NCBI GenBank assembly: GCA_043821645.1
Contig: JBDRCO010000076.1
Span: 32,001 to 96,000, forward strand
Origin: Pseudomonadota bacterium
GTDB lineage: Bacteria > Myxococcota > JACRCW01 > JAFGSX01
Length of the DNA stretch: 64,000 nucleotides
Direction: 5' to 3'
Shown piece by piece: positions 59,396 to 64,000 of this stretch. Numbering within the stretch: the first letter of the stretch is position 1; each line of letters begins with the position of its first letter. The translations under genes and the position numbers were made by a program. Under the pieces are notes generated by a model. It ran no database searches. It was not told the origin of the DNA and saw only the letters and a program-made list of their open reading frames with translations.

Positions 59396-61132
59396 GTGAG
59401 TTCCCCGGCGTACAGGCAGAACCTTGCGCGCATACTGGTGCGCGAGCTGTGCCGGATCCATTCTGGCCTCGGATCGCCAGGCACCTTGAAGGAACTCCCT
59501 CCCAGCGCGGGAGCGGCCAACACGCTATGGCGCGTCTCCCTGCCCGACTGCGACGCCATCCTCAAGGTGCGTGCCGATCCCGGCTGGGACGTCAAGCGGG
59601 AGGCCTGGGCCCTGCGCCAGGCAGGCGCGAGGTCCACACCCGAACTCCTCGCCACGGTACGGATCCAGGATCTGATGGAGCGCGCGATCCGCAGGCGCGA
59701 TCTGGACACCGCGTGCGCCCTGGATGGCGGGCTGGGTGATCTGCTGCTCCTGCGCTGGTGTCCGGGCCACCTAACGTCGTCTGCCATCAGCGACGCTGGC
59801 ATGGCCAGCGTGGGGCGTGCCATCGCTGACCTTCACGTGCGGCGTCCCCGCTCGGGCCCCCGCAGCCTCCTGCCCTCGTCGCCACGTGCCCTGTCCGCGC
59901 TGGCGCGCGATCTCGTGCAACAGGTGAGCGACCGCGAGCTGCTGCCGTCCACCGGCCTCGCCAGGGTGCAACGGGCAGCGACCGCCGCGCGGCGCCACCT
60001 TGAAACAACCGTGCGGGCGACGACCTGGCATCGTGTGCGCACGCTCTGCCATGGCGACCTGCGCTGGCACAACATGCTGCTGCAGGGTTCCAGGGTCTGG
60101 CTGCTGGATCTCGAGCACGCGGGCATCGGTGACCCGGCTCTCGATCTCGCGCTCATGGCCTGCCGGACTCCGCTCTCCTCCCACGACGAGCTCCGCGTGC
60201 TCGACGCCTACCTGGCGTGCACGCGCGCGCCCGGTCTCCTCGATCGCTACTTTGGGCTCAAGCCGCTGGTGGGTGTGGTGGCAGCCCTGGCCGGGGTCAT
60301 CGATCTCGCGGACCTGCGCGATGGCGCCCGCTGCGCTGCTCCGGATCCCCGCGCACACCTGCAGCAGCGCGCGCCACTCGTCGCGGCGGAGCTCGGCGCT
60401 GCCCTGGAGCGCGCACTGGGTCGGCCCACGCCTGCCCTGCGTCTGCGTGTGACAGCGTCCCGTCGACCCGTGTTGACCGCACCCGGCCCCATCGCCATCG
60501 ACGGCACTGCTGCCAGCCAATGCTCTCCCCTGGCGCGTCGGCTGGCAGAGATCACGCACTGGGCACACGTCGACACCGGTGCCCTCTACCGCTACGCCGC
60601 CCTCCTGGCCTGGTCGCTGGGCCTGCATTCCCGGCGCACTGCACACTGCCAGCTCCTGGTGCGGCGATTCCTCGACAGCGGCGTGCGGGCAAGTGCCGAT
60701 GGCGCGATCCTTGTCCACGGCCAGCGCCTCGAGGCCGTGCTGCAGAGCACCGCCGTGGAGATGCGTGTCGCAGCCTGGGCTGCCCTGCCTGAGCTCCGCG
60801 CCGCCGTGCAAAGCCTGCTTCGCCCCTGGCTGCACACCCGGCGAGCCATTGTCGAGGGGCGTGACGTCGGGGCTGTGCTGCTGCCCCACGCTCCACTCAA
60901 GGTCTTCGTGGATGGACCGCGCGCCGAGCGGGCTGCCCGCCTGGCCGCGCGGACGGGGTATGCACTCACACGGGCCCAGGCCCTGCTCGCCGAACGCGAT
61001 GCGCGAGATCGTGCTCGCGCAGTGGCACCGCTGCGGGAAGGGCCTGGCTCTCTGTGCTTACGCATCCGCGACGGCGCCGTCGAAGCGGCGGCCACAACCG
61101 TTCTCGACGCGCTGCTGAGGCTGTCGTGCTGA
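59396..61132 (+). CDS. APH/choline-kinase-like phosphotransferase fused to a cytidylate-kinase-like domain
   Basis: ILKV, REAWAL, HGDLRWHNMLL, LLDLEHAGIGDP; then IAIDG...DTGALYR, EGRDVG, RD.RD..R..APL. Confidence 0.8.
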   Translation: MSSPAYRQNLARILVRELCRIHSGLGSPGTLKELPPSAGAANTLWRVSLPDCDAILKVRADPGWDVKREAWALRQAGARSTPELLATVRIQDLMERAIRRRDLDTACALDGGLGDLLLLRWCPGHLTSSAISDAGMASVGRAIADLHVRRPRSGPRSLLPSSPRALSALARDLVQQVSDRELLPSTGLARVQRAATAARRHLETTVRATTWHRVRTLCHGDLRWHNMLLQGSRVWLLDLEHAGIGDPALDLALMACRTPLSSHDELRVLDAYLACTRAPGLLDRYFGLKPLVGVVAALAGVIDLADLRDGARCAAPDPRAHLQQRAPLVAAELGAALERALGRPTPALRLRVTASRRPVLTAPGPIAIDGTAASQCSPLARRLAEITHWAHVDTGALYRYAALLAWSLGLHSRRTAHCQLLVRRFLDSGVRASADGAILVHGQRLEAVLQSTAVEMRVAAWAALPELRAAVQSLLRPWLHTRRAIVEGRDVGAVLLPHAPLKVFVDGPRAERAARLAARTGYALTRAQALLAERDARDRARAVAPLREGPGSLCLRIRDGAVEAAATTVLDALLRLSC

Positions 61133-61785
61133 ACCAGTTCCCTCGCATCGCTCACTTCCAGGGCAGCCACGCCGACGACGGTGATCTGTGGCTGGCCCGG
61201 GAGGACGAGCAGCACCTGCTGCATGTGCCGGTGCAGGTGAGCGAGAAGCTGGATGGCATCAACGTGGCGATTGCCCATCACCGCAGCGGTTTCGAAATCG
61301 ACCTGCGCCCGCCGTGGAACCGTTCACTCGGCGGCGCGGTGGCACGTGCGGTGGAGATCTACGTCCGGCAGCGAGCCACACGTTTCCAGACCCTGCTAGG
61401 GCCCCACGACGTCGCCTACGGCGAATGGCTATGGCACTGCGTGTCCTTGCGCTACCAGGCCCTGCCCGACGTGATGGTGATTCACTCGCTGTATCGCGAC
61501 GGTCACTGGCTCTTTCCGCAGCAGCTGCAATCCCAGGTGGCGTGCGTCGGTCTGACGCCGCAGGTCGCGCAGTGGCAGGGCGTGCTGGGCCAGCTGTCCG
61601 CGCTGCAACGCCGGGTCAGACCTTCTGCGCACGGCGCTCCTTTCATCGAGGGCCTTGTCATCGAGCGCCTGGGGCCTGGCCCTGGCCCGCGTTGGGGCAA
61701 ATGGGTTCACCGCCGCTACCGCCACATCGAGCCCGGTGTGCTCAAGGGCGATCACAATGTGCTGCGCCGGACAGGTGAGGGGTGA
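61126..61785 (+). CDS. ATP-dependent RNA ligase family nucleotidyltransferase (219 aa)
   Basis: FPRIAH N-terminus; motif I SEKLDGIN, YGEW, EGLVI, GKWV; GTG overlaps the upstream stop. Confidence 0.8.
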   Translation: MLNQFPRIAHFQGSHADDGDLWLAREDEQHLLHVPVQVSEKLDGINVAIAHHRSGFEIDLRPPWNRSLGGAVARAVEIYVRQRATRFQTLLGPHDVAYGEWLWHCVSLRYQALPDVMVIHSLYRDGHWLFPQQLQSQVACVGLTPQVAQWQGVLGQLSALQRRVRPSAHGAPFIEGLVIERLGPGPGPRWGKWVHRRYRHIEPGVLKGDHNVLRRTGEG

Positions 61786-63810
61786 TCAGTCGTCGCCCTC
61801 GGTGAGCAGGGCCACCAGCTCGCGCATGGCTTCATCCTCGGGGTTCGAGCTCAGGGCCAGGCGCGCATGCTCCAGCGCGTCCTCTCGTTCCCCGGTACGC
61901 AGACTCACCATGGCCAGCGAGGCCCGAGCCTCGAACAGGGAGGGAGCGCGTTCGAGGGCACGGAGCAAGATCTCTCGCGCCAGGTCCAGCCGGTCGGTGT
62001 CGACGTAAGCGCGACCCAGGTTGACCAGGATGGTCGGGTCGTCAGGGGACAGCGCCGCAGCGTGCTCGAAGGCGCGCACCGCAGCTTGACTGGCGCCCGA
62101 ACACTGGTAGGCCACACCCAGGCTGTTGCTGGCGTCGGCATCCTCGGGCAGTGCCCGGACGGCGCGCTCCAGAAAGCCAGTTGCTCGATCAAAGCGACCC
62201 AGGTCATTGAGGGTGCGGCCGAGCAGGAGATTCAGCTCCCCGTCCTCGCGGTCAAAGCGCAGGGCGCGGGAGAAGCACTCCACGGCCTTCTCGGAGCGGC
62301 CCAGGAGTTCGTAGCACAGCCCGCGGTAGTAGGACGCACGGCCCGGCGCGTCGCTGGGATCCCCCATGTCCGCACGATCGCGCAGCTCGAAGTACACCCC
62401 CGGCACCTCGCAGAGCTCGGCCGACCCCTGGGCGGCATCATCCAGCCACATGCAGAGGTCCAGGCTGAGGGTGTCGCCGGCATCGTCGCTGAGGTCGGTC
62501 AGAAGTTGATGCAAGGTGTCGAGTAGCACCTCCAGGGCTTGCGGCACCACGTCGGGATCCGAGATCACCAGGCCGCGCTCATGACGCGAGCGCACCTGCA
62601 CCCGAGATGGTTGCCAGCCCGCAGCGGCCAGCACACCCGCCAGAAGCGCAGGATCGGCGGTGAGCGATGCGGCCTGCTCACCGGCCAGGCAGATCGCCTG
62701 TGATGCACCAACCTCGACCCTGAACAGGTGTCCCTCGAAGCGATGCTTGGTCAGCGAGGCCGCGCGCAGCAGCTGCAGGTGTTGCTCACGTTCGGGCGGG
62801 TCGCCCGAACTCCGTTGCACGTAATGGGTCCCGTCGTCGTCGTCGCGCGCCAGGACCTCGACAAAGGTCTGGCAGTCTCGCACGTAACAGTCCGGGTACG
62901 CGGCCACGAAGGCGGGAGCCTTGATCTTGAGGTGGACGGGCCGCAGGTCGACGATGTCCGAGAACGTGCACCGCGCCAGGAACGCGTCGGGTTCGAGCCC
63001 CCTTTGCCGGCACGCACGAACCAGGCTGCGATAGGGCACCTGACCGACGACACCGTCGAGGATCAGGAGCCACGACCCCGGTTCGACAACGAGGTCCAGA
63101 CCCGGCGAGCGGCGAACCAGAGAAGAGGCCATGCTGCCGTCATCGACCGCGAGGTCCAGATCCGGGAATCGGCGCATCAGAGCCGCAGCCATGCTGCTGT
63201 ACGCGGCGAACTCGAGGGGAACCACCCGGGCACGATCTGCCGCTACCTCCTCGATGCCGCGCATGGTCCACAGTGTCTCCACAAGCAGCGCCTCGAGCCC
63301 GATGTCGAGCAGGTATCCGTTGTGGTGGACGCGCACCGTGGACTCTCCGGGGAGGCGCTTCGCCCAGTAGTCCGCCCGCTGGATGGCGTCGCACAGGCTC
63401 TGACCCACGGCTTCGAGATCCACGAAGAAGACGATGCCAATCTCGCCGTCCAGCAAGCCCGCATGTGGACCTGCCCAGCTGCGAAAGCTCGGCTCAAAGC
63501 TGGGATCGGCCTTCAGCAGAGCGGACCAGGTCAGCGATGCGACGTCGTCGGGGCTCGACGAGAGCTTCTCGAGACAGGCATCGATACCCGCGTGGTGTTG
63601 TTCTGGGCTGACTCGCGTGTCGAAGGGAGGGACGACCAGGCAGAAGATCTCGGGTGAGAGTTCCCGGCAGCAGGCCTCGCCGGACCGCACGGCCTGGTCC
63701 AGGGCATCGCCAAAGGCCTCGCGCAGACTCACCTCGGGCATCGACGGCACGGTCTCGCCCCCGCGTCGTCGCTGCAGCCAGGACCACAATGCGTGCATCC
63801 AGCCCGTCAT
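61786..63810 (-). CDS. TPR-repeat protein with an uncharacterised N-terminal region
   Basis: About 5 C-terminal TPRs (YYRGLCYELLG, NSLGVAY, NLGRAY). Confidence 0.82.
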   Translation of the reverse strand: MTGWMHALWSWLQRRRGGETVPSMPEVSLREAFGDALDQAVRSGEACCRELSPEIFCLVVPPFDTRVSPEQHHAGIDACLEKLSSSPDDVASLTWSALLKADPSFEPSFRSWAGPHAGLLDGEIGIVFFVDLEAVGQSLCDAIQRADYWAKRLPGESTVRVHHNGYLLDIGLEALLVETLWTMRGIEEVAADRARVVPLEFAAYSSMAAALMRRFPDLDLAVDDGSMASSLVRRSPGLDLVVEPGSWLLILDGVVGQVPYRSLVRACRQRGLEPDAFLARCTFSDIVDLRPVHLKIKAPAFVAAYPDCYVRDCQTFVEVLARDDDDGTHYVQRSSGDPPEREQHLQLLRAASLTKHRFEGHLFRVEVGASQAICLAGEQAASLTADPALLAGVLAAAGWQPSRVQVRSRHERGLVISDPDVVPQALEVLLDTLHQLLTDLSDDAGDTLSLDLCMWLDDAAQGSAELCEVPGVYFELRDRADMGDPSDAPGRASYYRGLCYELLGRSEKAVECFSRALRFDREDGELNLLLGRTLNDLGRFDRATGFLERAVRALPEDADASNSLGVAYQCSGASQAAVRAFEHAAALSPDDPTILVNLGRAYVDTDRLDLAREILLRALERAPSLFEARASLAMVSLRTGEREDALEHARLALSSNPEDEAMRELVALLTEGDD
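63083..63197. repeat. diverged 60-bp in-frame tandem duplication
   Basis: GAGGTCCAGA at 63091 and 63151; GCCATGCTGC at 63128 and 63188. Confidence 0.75.
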
Positions 63811-63967
63811 CTACCTGCCGCCTCTTGGACGTCCTCCAGCCAGCACGATACTACACCCGGGGTGCCGTATGCATCTGCACCGGGGGCCGCCTCTGGCGGG
63901 TCGTGCGCTGGATGCTCACGGTCTTGAATTCGCCTGGTTTCTCGTCTGTTTATCCTCGGTCATTAGA

Positions 63968-63996
63968 TTGACCCGTCCAGGAGGCATCCTTATACT
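63968..63996 (+). promoter_or_regulatory. sigma70-type promoter pointing out of the window
   Basis: TTGACC-N17-TATACT. Confidence 0.65.
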
Positions 63997-64000
63997 CGGG

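Noticed and set aside
59396-60450. Aminoglycoside resistance gene call
   Set aside because: The APH fold is broad; the fusion and operon context do not support an antibiotic substrate.
1-64000. tRNA, rRNA, transposase, integrase or prophage genes
   Set aside because: No such signatures found by eye; tRNAscan and Infernal would be needed to exclude small RNAs.

Overview
High-GC, gene-dense bacterial window with about 38 CDS. I found no rRNA, tRNA, CRISPR array or mobile element. A MYXO-CTERM-like signal, PEGA/Kelch and MopE-like modules, 'DAG'-rich lipoprotein linkers and a Hanks-type kinase suggest Myxococcota or a related deltaproteobacterium (inference). Main content: (1) a coupled five-gene electron-transfer operon (5678-12579, minus): an FeS/FAD oxidoreductase fused to a His-rich membrane domain, 20-, 10- and 9-CxxCH cytochromes, and a probable outer-membrane barrel; (2) an amidase with an internal sorting signal followed by a second signal peptide and a propeller; (3) a surface-protein block: transglutaminase-elicitor-like lipoprotein, PEGA protein, Kelch lipoprotein, a 5111-aa DUF11-repeat/OmpA/barrel protein and an MshEN-like kinase; (4) housekeeping and metabolic genes (dinB, TatD, slyD, ACE-like peptidase, Leu dehydrogenase, AtoE, cation-chloride cotransporter); (5) an unexplained three-gene operon (58935-61785): a small basic-tailed protein, an APH kinase fused to a P-loop-dead CMP-kinase domain, and an RNA-ligase-family enzyme. 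Items 1, 2 and 5 are the best candidates for undescribed systems. All family calls come from motifs read by eye; no database search was run.
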